Of a stretch of DNA of 64,000 nt, positions 35,433 to 60,679 are shown piece by piece. Source of the stretch: the human T2T-CHM13v2.0 reference genome, Homo sapiens. Location of the stretch: the NCBI RefSeq assembly GCF_009914755.1, contig NC_060942.1, one strand, 5' to 3'. Positions within the stretch are counted from its first letter, which is position 1, and each line of letters opens with the position of its first letter. The translations under genes and the position numbers were made by a program. The notes beneath the pieces are model-generated. The model was not told where the DNA came from. It saw only the letters and a list, made by a program, of their open reading frames with translations, and did no database searches.

Positions 35433-35879
35433 TAAGGCACCTATTTCAGCTTACTTTTTTATTAATTTATGTTAATATTTAGAACGGAGATGCCTGATCT
35501 GATAGGGGCCTTTTGCTTTCTAGAATCTAATACTAATGTTTACATACCATCACCTGTGTATACGCAATTTATAAGGTAGAGCACCCATTCAGTGGTCACT
35601 GAATGCATCTCTTAAAATATCCTGGCTTTCTGCCTTGTATTTGTTATTTGTGAACATGTTCCCACTAGATAGTAAGCTCTTTGAGGGCAGGGATCATATC
35701 TTATTTGTCTTCACTTATGCATTGGTGGCATCCAGTAAATGTTTACCAAATTGCATTTGGAATCATAGCATTGCAGTCTCTGATTTCAATCCACATTAAT
35801 TTTTCCTTCTGGAGGCCAAATATTTAAAGATACTCTCTGCCTCCCAAATCTTACCTTCAACATGCTTGCCTCCTTATGC

Positions 35880-35882
<3 letters not shown>

Positions 35883-35918
<36 letters not shown>
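35883..35918. repeat. (AC)18 microsatellite
   Basis: Perfect run. Confidence 0.97.
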
Positions 35919-35920
<2 letters not shown>

Positions 35921-36467
35921 CTTCATGTCCCCTTTTGCCCTACCCATGTATGTAGGACTGGCATGTTTTCTTTTTTGTACCCTTTGGTTATCTTCTGAGC
36001 AGAGGGATCACAGAGGGTGGTGACCTGAATAGGATGAGCTCTGCCCCACTAACGGCTCCAATTAAGCTAGATTTTTCTCCCCCTTCAAGAAGTGAGCTGA
36101 ATACAAAATTGAGTGGAATTTCACGCTCCATATTAGAGCACATACTAATTAGGGTATGCTCCTGGCTTGGCAATGCCATACTCAATTACAAAGGGAGCAA
36201 CTACTAAGATAATGAATGCGCCAAGTTAATTTGCCTCCACTATTAATTGCATCTGCTCTATTTTTAGAGCTACTGTCGCCTGCTAATACACCAGAATATG
36301 GTGTAATCAGCACCAGCAGGAAGTCAGGAGATATGGGGACCATTCCCATCTGGGTCAGTTGTGTGATCTTATGAACATTTCTTGGGGCTTTAAAGGTTTG
36401 TTTTTGTGGATGAAGAGTCAAGTAAACAGAAGCTGGTAGAGGGAGAGGCAGACAATCCACCCAAATT

Positions 36468-37917
<1,450 letters not shown>

Positions 37918-38158
37918 TAAAAGATTACTTTTACTTAGAGGTTTACACTAAAGTCAAGTTTTGTTTAGCTTCAGAAATGGTAGACATTTCTGAGTCACAT
38001 TGTATAGCGTTTCTTGAAGAGACAATTTATGGAAAATGTTTCAGAGCCTCTTAAAAGAAGCTTTGAAGTCTGCTAAACACTATCCCTCTTCCATCATCGT
38101 TGAGAACTGAACTCTTTCTAGAGCAAATTTTCAAAGCAGAAAGAAAAAATGCTAATAG

Positions 38159-39392
<1,234 letters not shown>

Positions 39393-40358
39393 TGAATCAG
39401 ATTCTCAAAATCGCCATGACATTACATAACTGGCCTCTACATAGGAGAGGTTTACCTTTCAGAAACTGAAGCTAGGAAACAGTGCATTACATCCTTCAGG
39501 TGCCATCGTTCCATGAACAGAGAACAGCCATCATTACTGGAATTGTTGGGTTCTATTTCAGAGTCCAGTGGACTTTTTTTATAAGTCAATTATTTGGTCT
39601 GGTAGTCCATTCTGAGGTTGCAAATTCATCAAATATTCAGGATAAACACCAGGCGAGTAGACTAAATCTATCCAGGCTGGGTGGTATTAAGTGATTTTAG
39701 CCTGACTGTTTACATGGATATCAACTGTCTTGGAATAACACTGAGAATATGTTCATTAGAACAAAAGGGCTCCTCCCCTCCATGTTGTGTAGCAGCCTTA
39801 CACAAGCATTGGTTACATTCCCATGTGCACAGGACTGTCAGTAGTGATTCAGACATGCCACAATCTAGATAATTTTTCAACCACTGTAACCCCCTCCCAC
39901 ACACCAGCTACGAACATAGGTTTCCACTGTCTGCCACCATTGCCTTCTCATTCACACAGCTGGGGGCCAGCCCTACTCTCAGCTGCCTCACACGCACCCT
40001 CCCCAGCCCCTCTGCGCCACTTCCATCTCAGTGATGACCTGGAAAGCCAAGGTCCCCTGTGAATGCAAATAGTAAAGACAAAAACAAAATAGCAACCAAA
40101 AAAGTCTGTGTTACACTATTGTACTCTTCTTTCTCCAGTATCCCTCCCCTAGCCAGACAGTACACAGAAGCTACCGCAGAGGAGACACTGTCTTCCCAGA
40201 TGAGCAAATGTGGACTGTTTATCAAGAATAGTCAGGCAGGCGCTCTACAGCACTTGAATGTGGTTTCCATCACTTTTCTGGACAGGTAGTTGGTGAGGAA
40301 TAAGCCTACTGCCCCTAGAAAATCTGCCTAATGACTTGACACTTTGAGTTTTGCCCCT

Positions 40359-41372
<1,014 letters not shown>

Positions 41373-43253
41373 CAGAGCTAATAATAATAGTAACTGACCA
41401 ACATTTACTGAGCAAGTTCCGTGTGGCAACCTTCATGGATGGGCCTTATTGGTCATGATTGTTTAAAGGGCCAAAATTAGAAAAATAGCTAACACTGAAT
41501 TATGAACACCAGGAAAAGGAGAGCGGAAATAAAAAGAATCAGAAATATCTTGATAATTAATGCTATTTTTGTTGAGTATAGGTTCATTTTGTTCTCATAT
41601 TTCTTTCCTACCTTGGTCTTTCTGGACCTCAGTTCCTGAATCTGTTGAAAGCGAATAGGTCCAGGAAAGTAGCTCTTGGAATTATCTTCATTTGCCTTAT
41701 GAATCCCTGGAAGGAACAGATGAGATTGAGTTCTACTGTAGCTTGACCCGTGCGGGGGCCGGGAGACCTGGTTCTAATGCTGCCTTAGAGAGTGTTAGTT
41801 AACATTAATTTTCGCGTGGGAGAAACAGACAGGCAGGTGGGAGAGTAGATGATTTAGCTCAGTGACTGCACTGGAAGTAGCTCCCTGGAAGGGTTCTGAG
41901 GTTCTGTCAAGGCTAGACTAAGCGAGGTGATGGATTGTGCTGTGGCTGCAGGATGGGGAATTAGTGTCATATGGGCCTAGAATTTGTCATCCTTGGTGTA
42001 CATACCAGGTATTAATCTAGATGCTAGAGATAAAATGATGATTATGACACAGCCTCTGACTTCCAGGAGCTCAGTCCAGAGAAAGGAAAACAGATTAGTG
42101 AACAATTACATCACCATATTGTGGGTAAAATGGCAGAAGAAGGTATGGAAGAATGACAAGATTAAAATGGCAAGACCAAGTCCCTTCCCTCAAGAGGCTT
42201 ACAGTCTAATGGAAAAGATAAGAAAGCAAACACTACATAAAGCAGGAATTAATTCTACACTGGAAATTCTCACAGGGGGCTATACAGGGCAAAGAAGAGG
42301 GTCCAGGAAAGCAGCTGGGAGAAACTGACTTTCTGGTCACCAAAGGGGATGGGTGCCTTACATGCCATTCTATCGAACAGTGCTTCACTGTTTTTAAACT
42401 ATGGACTTTGCAATTTATCTCAAAATAAAACGTTTCATTTTTAAATGCTGAGGATTTAATATGACAGAAAATCATCAGGTTGTAAATTAGTAATACATGT
42501 TTCCTAATGTCAAACACTCTATTGGGAACCGCCAATTTTCTGTTGGATAGACTTCTCTTTTACACATTTTTATATGGATTGTTAATTCTCCTAGGGGAAA
42601 AAACTTCTCAAAACTTGATTGGCTTTAGATATTTTCCTAAATCTTTGACCCCCTGTTCATAACAGTATATGCATCTCCACACACACATACTCGCACACAT
42701 ATGTGTGTATATATATGTGTGTGTGTGTGTGTGTGTATATATACATATATATGAGAAATGCAAAAAAAGAATAGTAATAAAATAACCACCTATCACCCAC
42801 TTTAAGAAACAGACATTTCTAATATCTTTGAAACTTCTTCCCAATTATAGCTTTAAAAATTAATTATTAAAGAGTTTTTTAAAATACAGAAAAGTCCAAG
42901 AGAAAAAGTGGTTCACAATCACCTATTTACTTAATCCTATTGACATCAGAAATACTAATGATATAAGACAAATGATTTTTAAAGTAATCAAATATATAAA
43001 AGAACAAAATAAATGAAAGCTGCCCTCTCCTACCTTATCAACTCCCTCTTCTAAAAGATAGTTATTAATAATTCTTCATGACTCCTCCTAGAAAATAAAA
43101 TTACATGCATTAATATATGTGTGTATATACTACTAATAAATTTCTAGTAATGAGATTCTTGGATTCAAGAGTGTGCAATTTTTAATAGCTGTTCAGTTGT
43201 CCCAGGAAATTATTGCACCAACGTGCATTTCTGTGTCTAAATATAGGAAAAAG

Positions 43254-43626
<373 letters not shown>

Positions 43627-43653
43627 TCAAAGTGCAAACTCTTATGACACTAA

Positions 43654-43821
<168 letters not shown>

Positions 43822-43869
43822 TAATTGCTATTTTGTTTTTTATTCTACTTTAAGTTCTCAGGTACATTT

Positions 43870-44342
43870 TGTTATAAAGTTTCGGTGCCACAAAAGAAAT
43901 AGCACTCGAATATAAAATTTTCTTTTTAATTCTCAGCAAGGAAAGTTACTTCTATAGAAGGGTGCGCCCTTACAGATGGAGCAATGGTGAGCGTGCACTT
44001 GCCAAGGGAGGGGAAGGGGTTCTTAACCCTGACAACGCACGTGGCCCCTGCTGCTGTGTGGTTCCCCTATTGGCTAGGGTTAGACCGCACAGGCTAGACT
44101 AATTCCCATTGGCTAATTTAAAGAGAGTGACGAGGTGAGTGGTCTGGAGGGAAAAATGGTTATGACAGAGCATGTAATCGGAATGAATCAGGGCGGAGCG
44201 TGTAATCGGAATGAATCAGGGTGGAGCGTGTAATCGAAAAAGGTTGCTTTACGAGGAAATTAAGTTTAAAAGTAGAAGGCAAAGAATTGAACATACTGAC
44301 ATACTGATTCTTTGGAAAGAAATTTAGAACTCACATCTAACA
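43870..44342 (-). mobile_element. Solo LTR10 (LTR10A/F-like, HERVIP10) with an internal 28-bp tandem repeat
   Basis: TGTTA...TAACA termini and a 4-bp TSD ATTT; the minus strand begins TGTTAGATGTGAGTTCTAAATTTCTTTCCAAAGAATCAGTATGTCAGTATG as in LTR10. Confidence 0.8.
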
Positions 44343-44479
44343 ATTTTTTAGGGTTTCTTTAGTATTCTGGACAGAGGACAAAATCTCATTCTCACAAGCA
44401 TAGTGGATTCATTTGCTTTCCTCCAAGCACTTTTTTGCAGGCTCATTTCCATCTGGGGGCGTTCAATGTAGGTTTATAA

Positions 44480-47638
<3,159 letters not shown>

Positions 47639-47990
47639 TCCAGCCTGGGTTCTTATTGACACTGAATTCTCAAGTTAGTTGGGCTAGTGAGGAAGTCAGG
47701 TTACACGGGCCACAGAACAAGAACAAGGATTGTTCTTTCTCTCTCTCTTCCACTTCATTCTCTGTCAGCCTCTCCCGACCTCAGTAGTTGGTCTTTTCTC
47801 CCCCTTCTTTTGAAAGCAGAGTCCATTATACAAATGGACTTGTTTACTTCTCCACATCCCTCTTGTGCAAATTTTCTGCCATGGACACCTCTACCCCACC
47901 TTAGAATGTATATTAGACAATTTTGACATCTAGAATGTCTTGTTGGGCAGAAAAGCGTTTGGAAAGCGTTGCTCCAGGTAGCTCTGATTA

Positions 47991-50855
<2,865 letters not shown>

Positions 50856-51612
50856 TTAACAATATAAATATTATCACTTATGTATTCTTTTGCAATATGG
50901 CTTTTCACTCAGTGTAGTTTGCAAGGGTTAGCCATGTGAATGCATGCTGCTCTAGTTCATTAATTCACTGTTGTATGTTGGTCTATGTAGGCATATCACA
51001 ATTTATTCATTCCCTAGCTGAAGTACATTTGCTTTCAAGGTTTTGCTATTATAAACAAATCTCATACCTTTAATCAAATAATAATTTTGTCTCTTCAATC
51101 AGCTTTGATTTACTTTGTTCTAATACTAAGCACACAACTATAATTATAATTTCATTACTGATAAATATAAAATATTTTCCAAAACATCACAAATCTTTTT
51201 TTTTTCACTATTTACTATACACTTTTGGTCTTAATTTAAAGCGGCTTCACTATATGTGGTTCTTTTCCTCTTTTCCCATACTAATTACTGGTACTGGACA
51301 TATACATCCAAAATCAAATAGTAGTGTCCTTTTTAAGGGATAAATGGGATGTGATGTAGAAGGGGCATAGTAGGGACTTCATCTGTTTTGGCAAATTTTT
51401 TCTTAATATAGGTGGTAGGCATGTGGAATTTATAACAAAAGTTCTGTCTCCAGCCCAGTTTCTGTTACATAAAACCATATAATTAACAGTTAAACTGGAT
51501 CTGGTTTGACACAGATGTAGACGATATTAATAATTACTCCAGAACAACAGGCATAACTAAAAACTACCACAGGCAAAAGGGGAAAATAGAGAATGTAAGG
51601 GCTGGGACTTAA

Positions 51613-51942
<330 letters not shown>

Positions 51943-52470
51943 TGATTTCACTGTTAATTTACTTATGAATTGTGTCTGAATTTGAAAACAAGCTGTAGGA
52001 GGTATTCATATTTCCATTGTGATTGCCTTCAGGCTGACTTGATTTAACGTAGTTCATGGTCTTTAGAAAACAAGAAAGTCCATAAAGAAAATCAATTTAA
52101 AACACAAAATACTTTCTAATCTAGAAATGGCTATTTCTGCTTAGAGTTATAGGGCTATAACTGATAGAGGTAACCTTGAAGAAATATGGCCAATGTAGGT
52201 TTTAGGAGAGAAGACTTACAAATAAAGCAATTTGAGTTCAAAATTTGACTCTGAAACTTACCAGCTGAGTAAGCTTGGGAAAGTACCTCAACCATTCTAG
52301 GCCTCAGTGTTCCACCTGTAAAATGGTAACAATCATAGCTATCTTAACGTGTACACCTATAAAGTGATTAGTATAGATTTCTTATACAAAACAAGAGCTC
52401 TGTAAATTATAGCTCTTATTAGTTGCTGACACAATAAAGCCACTGAGTTATCTTGAGAATTAAACATTTA

Positions 52471-52816
<346 letters not shown>

Positions 52817-54079
52817 TTAAATTCCACCTATACCATGACTCCCAGATTCAGTCAATAACTTTTTGCATAACATGCAAGTGACTTTTCTTCCTAAGACATC
52901 CCCCCTCCAACACACACACATTACCTTAATCTACAAATGCGCCAGGCTAGTGATTCCTGATGAGGCTGGTTTTGAGGGGTTCCCAAAAAGACTTGGATAC
53001 AAAAATTACTGGGCAGAGCAATTGAAGATGAAATATTCTGTGTGTAGTATGTTAGGTTATGTTGGTGCCCTATCCAGATCCCTGGGGATCCCTTTTACCA
53101 GCTCCCACTGGTGCTGGTGCTGCTGCTAACTGCTTATCTCTGAAACTTTCTCTCAAAGATTGCCCTTGGAGCACTTATGCCCCAGAGCTTCCTGCAGGAT
53201 CAGGCTGAGGCTAACAGTCATCTGAAGCTATATCCTTGCTTAGCTTCTTTCACTTCTCTAGTTTGCTTTCCTCATCCCCTTAAAAGTTGCACCTGAGAGC
53301 ATTCTTTATAAACCACTTCTGTCAGAATCTCAGGCACTGCTTCTAGGAAATTAGACTTATGGCATTCTATAATCCAGCATTTCCCTCTTTTTTCAAACTA
53401 CAAAGCTGTGGATCATGCCTGATTTGAGAAATAAGTTTAGAAAGTCACAGCAAGCTCATTAAAAAACAAAATTAAAAACCATACAAAAAATAGAATAGGA
53501 CAAAGTAGAAAATATTAGCATGCATTGCATTTCATAAGTCATATGCACATCATGGAATTTCATTTCCATTTTGTATGTGTATATGTGTGTAAACATATAT
53601 ACACATATGTAGACATACGTGTGTGTTTTGAATCATGATGTCAAGTGTATTCATTACTGCAGACCACAGTCAAAGGGTTTTGAAAGCCACTGTTCCAATC
53701 CCTGCCAGCTCTCTGATTCTATAACTCTATTAGATTACACTTGAGGAAGGTAAAATAATTCAATATATTTGATCATCCTCGCATATATAGACTTTTAGTT
53801 TAACGAGGAAAAAGTCTTGTATTGAAGAATAAAACTTGAAGAAAAATTTTAGCAGTGCTTTCAACCTTTAGAAATCTACAGTCAATATTTAGTTGTTTTT
53901 ACCATTGTCAGTATTTTCTATTCTGTGCTTTGATTTACTTCCATTCTAGTGTCTCTTGAGTAACATAACAGATTTATCTAAAATTCTTTATGCTGATAAC
54001 AAAGGCACTTCTATATAAAAACCTCCACATAAAATAAAATTATGGTTTTCAATTATACATTTTTATAACAATTATTACC

Positions 54080-54320
54080 ACTTAAGAGCATTTACTGGGT
54101 GTCAGGCAATGTTCTAAGAACTTTTTCCATATATCAGATCATTTAATACCCTCAATGACCCTATAAGGGAAGTAGAATTCTTTCCCCAGTTTTTCAAATG
54201 AGGCACAGAGGAGGTTAAGCAACTTGTCTGAGCTCACACAGCTAGTAAATGGTAGAACTAGAATTCAAACTCAAGCAGTATTTCTCTAGAATCAGTGAAC
54301 GTAACCACTTTGCTAAACTG
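54080..54320. mobile_element. MIR SINE (similar MIR cores near 5340-5520, 6250-6400, 9600-9830, 33170-33280, 52220-52340)
   Basis: MIR core CCCCAGTTTTTCAAATGAGGCACAGAGGAGGTTAAGCAACTTGTC...CACACAGCTAGTAAATGG. Confidence 0.7.
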
Positions 54321-54809
54321 CCTGTGAAGTTACTTTTCTCAAAACAGCTCCTATTTCACCATGTAAAGAAAAGTACAAACCCATAAAATAGCAAGTGCTG
54401 AAGAGAAGCCTTATGAAAGAAATATACAAATTCCAGCAAGTGAAAACGGTTGTGGTCCCTGGTTGTATAATAGTTACATGGGTGTTGACTTTACAATTAT
54501 TTAAACCAAACATAAATACTTTATGCAGTTTTTATGTATGTTATACTCACAGAAAGAGAAGGGAAAAATTTTTAAATCATTCTCTTAAGGTTACATCAAG
54601 TTGCGTATCAGTTCAGTTCCATTTAAATGATTCAAATCAAAGTCTGTGCATTTGAGAATTCATTAAGAGAGTAACATACATGTTATTCATTAAGAGTAAC
54701 ATAAATTTTGCATTGATTCTTGCCAAAATCACACCTACAACCATAAATTGTAAATTTCTAGGAAAACTCAGTACAAAACTTGGTGCAATGCAATAAAGTT
54801 TGTGGCACA

Positions 54810-55192
54810 GACAGTAATACTCAGCAAACATCCCACCTCCTCTCTCATATTTTCCAGCTCCCCTTGTGGTTAAACGTTGGCATGTGGCAAGTTCTGGCCA
54901 GTGAAGCGTGAGCAAAACTGAAAAGGGTTCTTTGTAGATTGAGACAGTGAAGAGCCTATGTGTGCTCATCTATTCTCTTTTTCTGCTGAGGGCACAAAGA
55001 AAGTCCTGAAATCATGTGCTACAGCTATGAGATAATGTGCCTTTGCCTACCAGGCTTCTCAGTGTTTACTGGTGTGGAGCCCTTGTAATGGACACATAAC
55101 ATGAACAAGAAATAAATCTTTGTTGCATGAAGCCCTAGGAATGCCAGGACTAATCTGTTACCTCAGCACAACCCAGCCTATCCTGACTAAGG
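54810..55192 (+). mobile_element. Old MLT1-type LTR fragment
   Basis: AAGAAATAAATCTTTGTTG...TGTTACCTCAGCACAACCCAGCCTATCCTGACTAA 3' end. Confidence 0.6.
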
Positions 55193-55262
55193 TGGTATTA
55201 AATTACTATTGAATGTGTATTGGGATTTAGTAAACTTCTACTGTATAATCCTTCTTCTGTAG

Positions 55263-55451
<189 letters not shown>

Positions 55452-55811
55452 TAAGCAGAGTGCCTGGTTAGGAATGCCTTGTTGACAGGAATAGTTAATT
55501 CTCAAAAGGGAAAAACAAAACTTGTTTCAAAATACCTGGAAAACATGTTTAACCTCATTAATAAAGACATGAAAACAAACAAGATGGCATTTTCTGCCTA
55601 TCAGATTTGCAAATTAAAAAAAAACCCAGGAAATCCTGATAGGAATGTGATGAAATGGGAATTCTCATATATCATGTATTGGTGGGAACATAATTGGTTT
55701 TGCATTTTTGAAAGCTATTTGATTATGCATATGAAGAGCCATAAAATTTCCTTTTGATATAATAATTCCACTTCCGAAATCAATCCTAAGGAATAAATCT
55801 AAATTTGATGA

Positions 55812-56193
<382 letters not shown>

Positions 56194-56836
56194 TTAAACA
56201 TACTCTTAATGTGTAAAAACAAGAGAATGATTAAGTAGATTATGACTAAATACACTCAATACATTTTATGAAACGTTAAAAATATTAAAAAAATTTAAAT
56301 AATGACTTGCTAACTACTTTAACAAGAGCTTTATTATCAGCTAGTCTTGGAGGTAATAGTATTATCATGATTTTTCAGAAAAAGATCCTGAGGCTCAGTG
56401 TCCAAGGTCCAATGAACTACTCAGGTCGGAGGTGGTAGAGCAGCATGTGGAGCCAGTTCTCTCTCCGACTCCATCATCACACTGCACGGCTTCCTGTTAA
56501 GATATTTGCTCAAAAAATGCGAGATATAAAAATCTGGGTAATATGATCAACCTTAAAGAATAATTACATTTTAAATTATTCATGAGACCTTGTTAGTAGG
56601 TCACCATCAATGTGTAATTAAGCCAGATGTGACAGGATTTGTTGCCTCTCCCTTTACTTCTGTATTTTGGAGGCCTTTTTTTTTTTCTAGTTGTATCAGT
56701 CAGCCAACCAATATCTTTTTAGCATCTACTAAGTTTAGATACGGGAACTGGTACTCTGAAAGAGAAAATGAGAAATTTGACAAGATCCTGTCCCCAAGGA
56801 GCTTCCTATCCAACAGGGGCACAAGACAGATAGATA

Positions 56837-56837
<1 letters not shown>

Positions 56838-56871
<34 letters not shown>
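56838..56871. repeat. (AC)17 microsatellite
   Basis: Perfect run. Confidence 0.97.
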
Positions 56872-56873
<2 letters not shown>

Positions 56874-57069
56874 TAAAGCAAGGCAAGATTTAGAGAGTGC
56901 ACAGGAGTGGGCTCTGGGAGTTCAGGGGAGGGTCGTTCACATTCTGGTAGGGAAGATACTTCTGAGCTCAGTATATTCCCTTTCTCACTGTCCTTCTATC
57001 CCCTCTCTTCCTCTCCTCCTCTCTTTTCCTCTTTCTTCTCCCTCCTCCCACTCTGTCCTCTCCCTTTCT

Positions 57070-57395
<326 letters not shown>

Positions 57396-57503
57396 TAAAA
57401 ATACATCAATTAATTAAATATATAAATGTAGATACACACACAGGCAGAATCAAAGTGTATAGGTTGGAGAGGAGACTGTTCCAAAAGGGGGGATGGCATG
57501 GGC

Positions 57504-57621
57504 AAATACGGCAAGAAAGAGTAGAGCATCTAGGTACTGAGGGTGCTGGGAAGTCCTGCTAAAAATACGGCAAGAAAGAGTAGAGCATCTAGGTACTGAG
57601 GGTGCTGGGAAGTCCTGCTAA
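57504..57621. repeat. Perfect 59-bp tandem duplication
   Basis: 57504-57562 is identical to 57563-57621. Confidence 0.95.
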
Positions 57622-58931
57622 AGTGGTCCCCTCCCACTGTGGGGCCTTTGAGTTTCCCTGTGCCAGGGTACCTGCCCTCTGTGAGTTTGAGTTCTTTCTT
57701 TGGTTGCAAGCAACCAAGACCAGCTCAGCTAAAAGAAATGGATGGATACCGACTCATGAGTCAGAGGGGAAGCTGGACGTCTATGCCCAGAGCCAGGCAG
57801 AAACGGGTCAGGTCTAGAGTCTGGGAGGAGGAAACCGATGGACAACTGCTTCAGGGCCCAGCGCTCAGGGTGAAGCAGCTGCAGTTGTTTTTAGTCCTCA
57901 GATCACTCTGCTCAAGATGTGACTTGCCAGGAGGAATCTGGCTGGCCCAGCTGGGACATGTGTGTCTACCTCTAGACCAGGAGAGAGGAGAGTCTTGGTT
58001 GACAGTCCCCATGTAGTACCCCTTTGTTTAGGTTACTGAGTCATCAACAGATCTCAGTTCAAATAGTCACTTCTTCAGGGGCAATATACCCTCTTCTACC
58101 CATAAACTAGGGGCAACATACCCTCTCTCCCCTTTCACACATGACCATAACACCATGTAGCACTCAACTCTTGTAAGCTGACATTTACCCATGTGACTCT
58201 TTATGAACGTTCATCTCCATCCCGAGACCTACAGTCCATGAGGGTACCACCGTTCTAGGGTTTTTGCTCTTCTCTTTGTCAGTGGGGACTTAGGACTCTG
58301 CCTGGCACAGGGCAAACCCTCAATATTTGTTGAATAAATTAATTAATAAACACGTGTAAATGAATATCAGTAGACTACAACAAGAGTAACAGTAGGCGAA
58401 GGTGGAAGGCAAAGGTGGGAAGAGGTCAGGGCTCTGAGTGCTGGGCTGTGGAGTCTGAGGTTCACTCTACAGCGCTGGTGAGACACGATAGGTTTTAGAG
58501 AAAGGAAGCCTCATGCTGGTGCCCCAGTGGGTACTGACTATGCATTTGTAGCCAAATCAAAGTATTTCCCATAAAGTCATCTATCTCTTCCCAGTTGTTG
58601 GGACTTCCAATGGCAATGGGAATTAAGATACTGAGTAATTGGGAGATCAAGCAAATTATTTACTAACAAGGCACACGAAGTGATTTTTCACAGGCAATGT
58701 TAATGTTTTTCTTTTTTATGTAGTTTTAAAATTCTAAAAGTAACAAAATCACAACTACCAAACATTTAGACGACAAAAATTATCCATAATCCCACCATCT
58801 TAACACAACCACTATTATCATTTGTTTTCCTTATTCACATTTTCTACCTATTTTCTTAGATTCCAAGAAATAGAATTACTTGTTTAGAGGTTATTAACAT
58901 CTTATTGTTCTGGATATATATATATATATAG

Positions 58932-59287
<356 letters not shown>

Positions 59288-59949
59288 TGGCATTTCAATT
59301 TTTAAAATCTTCAGTAATAAATGAAAATTTTTATCTTATTGTTATAATTTTTATGGTTTTTTATTATTCATGAGAATAAACATTTTCCAAGTTTGTTTAC
59401 TGACTGAATTTCTTTTTTGTGCACCTTACTTGGTATCATGGATAAAATTTTGTCAATTTTCTGATTATATCAATGCATTCAGGGTCCCAAACCTGCCAAA
59501 GTTTAAAGAGAAAGATACTAAGGGAAAAACCAGGAAAAGATGGTAGAAAAGAATCACCCTGGCATTTTCAATCACGTAAACATTTGCTAGGTGCCCTAGC
59601 TGCAGGTATACAGCTCACTGAAACATGAATTCCAATTTTATAGGGTGAAATATATATTTAGAACCCTCTTCTGGAACTTTCTTCTAGTTATCTAGCATCC
59701 TAAGTGCCTGGACGTTCCTGATTGGTTTGCAATGTGTTTTATTTCCCATCCCCAAGTTTCATAGCTGCCGGCCCTGGGATCTACAGTCACAGGCTGTAAC
59801 ACAATATCTTGCACATCCTGAGTCTTTAATAAGCTTTTGTAGATGGGCTCTTACCATCATCATCATCGTGAAAGGCAAATATACAAAATTTGTTGACTAA
59901 TGTAATGAGTCATGAGTAACAGAAGTTTACTGACCAAACACTACGTGCA

Positions 59950-60296
59950 TGTAGAGTTCAGAATAAACACTTTATTATCACATCAGAGGAAAAGACCATC
60001 TTAGAGGCTCAACAACCCAGGAAAGCTGTGACGATTTCTTCAAATTGTTAAGAATATCCATGCATATGGGTTTCACATTATTTTGCTACATACAGTACCA
60101 ATTTTTCCAAAAGCCAACAGCAGGTATTCTATTACCCATCCTGGACTTTTACTCCAAGAAAAAATACACTGAGTCTGTGAGTAATTTATTAGTATTTTGA
60201 TCATTGCTGCCTTTTTTTTTTTTTTTAAGGTAAGAAGATCTAATGCATCCTATATCCAGTAAGTAGAATTATCTCTTCATCTGGGACCTGGAAATC
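59950..60296 (-). ncRNA. Candidate terminal exon of an antisense transcript (possibly TYMSOS)
   Basis: The minus strand reads attatccttttttatttcag|GATTTCC at 60297/60296 and has AATAAA at 59976-59971. The TYMSOS identity is from recall of the CLUL1-TYMS neighbourhood, not from the sequence. Confidence 0.5.
60230..60233 (+). CDS. CLUL1: CLUL1 terminal exon, coding part (G of Trp466 plus TAA)
   Basis: T15-aag|GTAA completes TG+G = Trp, then TAA; followed by an AT-rich UTR with three AATAAA. Confidence 0.8.
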
Positions 60297-60515
60297 CTGA
60301 AATAAAAAAGGATAATGCAATAAACACAGTTGCAGGAAAGTATGTTAGCTATATACTATGAAGTACTCTTAGTTTACTTATGTTGAATGGCTTAGCTATT
60401 AATACTCAAATTGAGTTAAAATGAAAATTCCTCCTTAAAAAATCAAACGTAATATGTATTACATTTCATGGTACATTAGTAGTTCTTTGTATATTGAATA
60501 AATACTAAATCACCT
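60234..60515 (+). terminator. CLUL1: CLUL1 3' UTR with poly(A) signals at 60301, 60319 and 60497
   Basis: Three AATAAA hexamers; GT/T-rich sequence follows the distal one. Cleavage site approximate. Confidence 0.7.
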
Positions 60516-60679
60516 AGGTGTCTATGTTCTATCACATCTACAAACATGTCACTTCCTAATTAACAAAATGTTCTTCCTTTAGTTTGCTTTTGCACTTAAA
60601 ATATATATAATTGACTTTTTTGGAAAAAAATCTAAGATTCATTGCTTTGTTTTGTAAAGACCAATAGGTTCTGTATAGT

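Noticed and set aside
43870-44342. p53 site in the LTR10 copy
   Set aside because: I found no paired RRRCWWGYYY decamers in it by eye.
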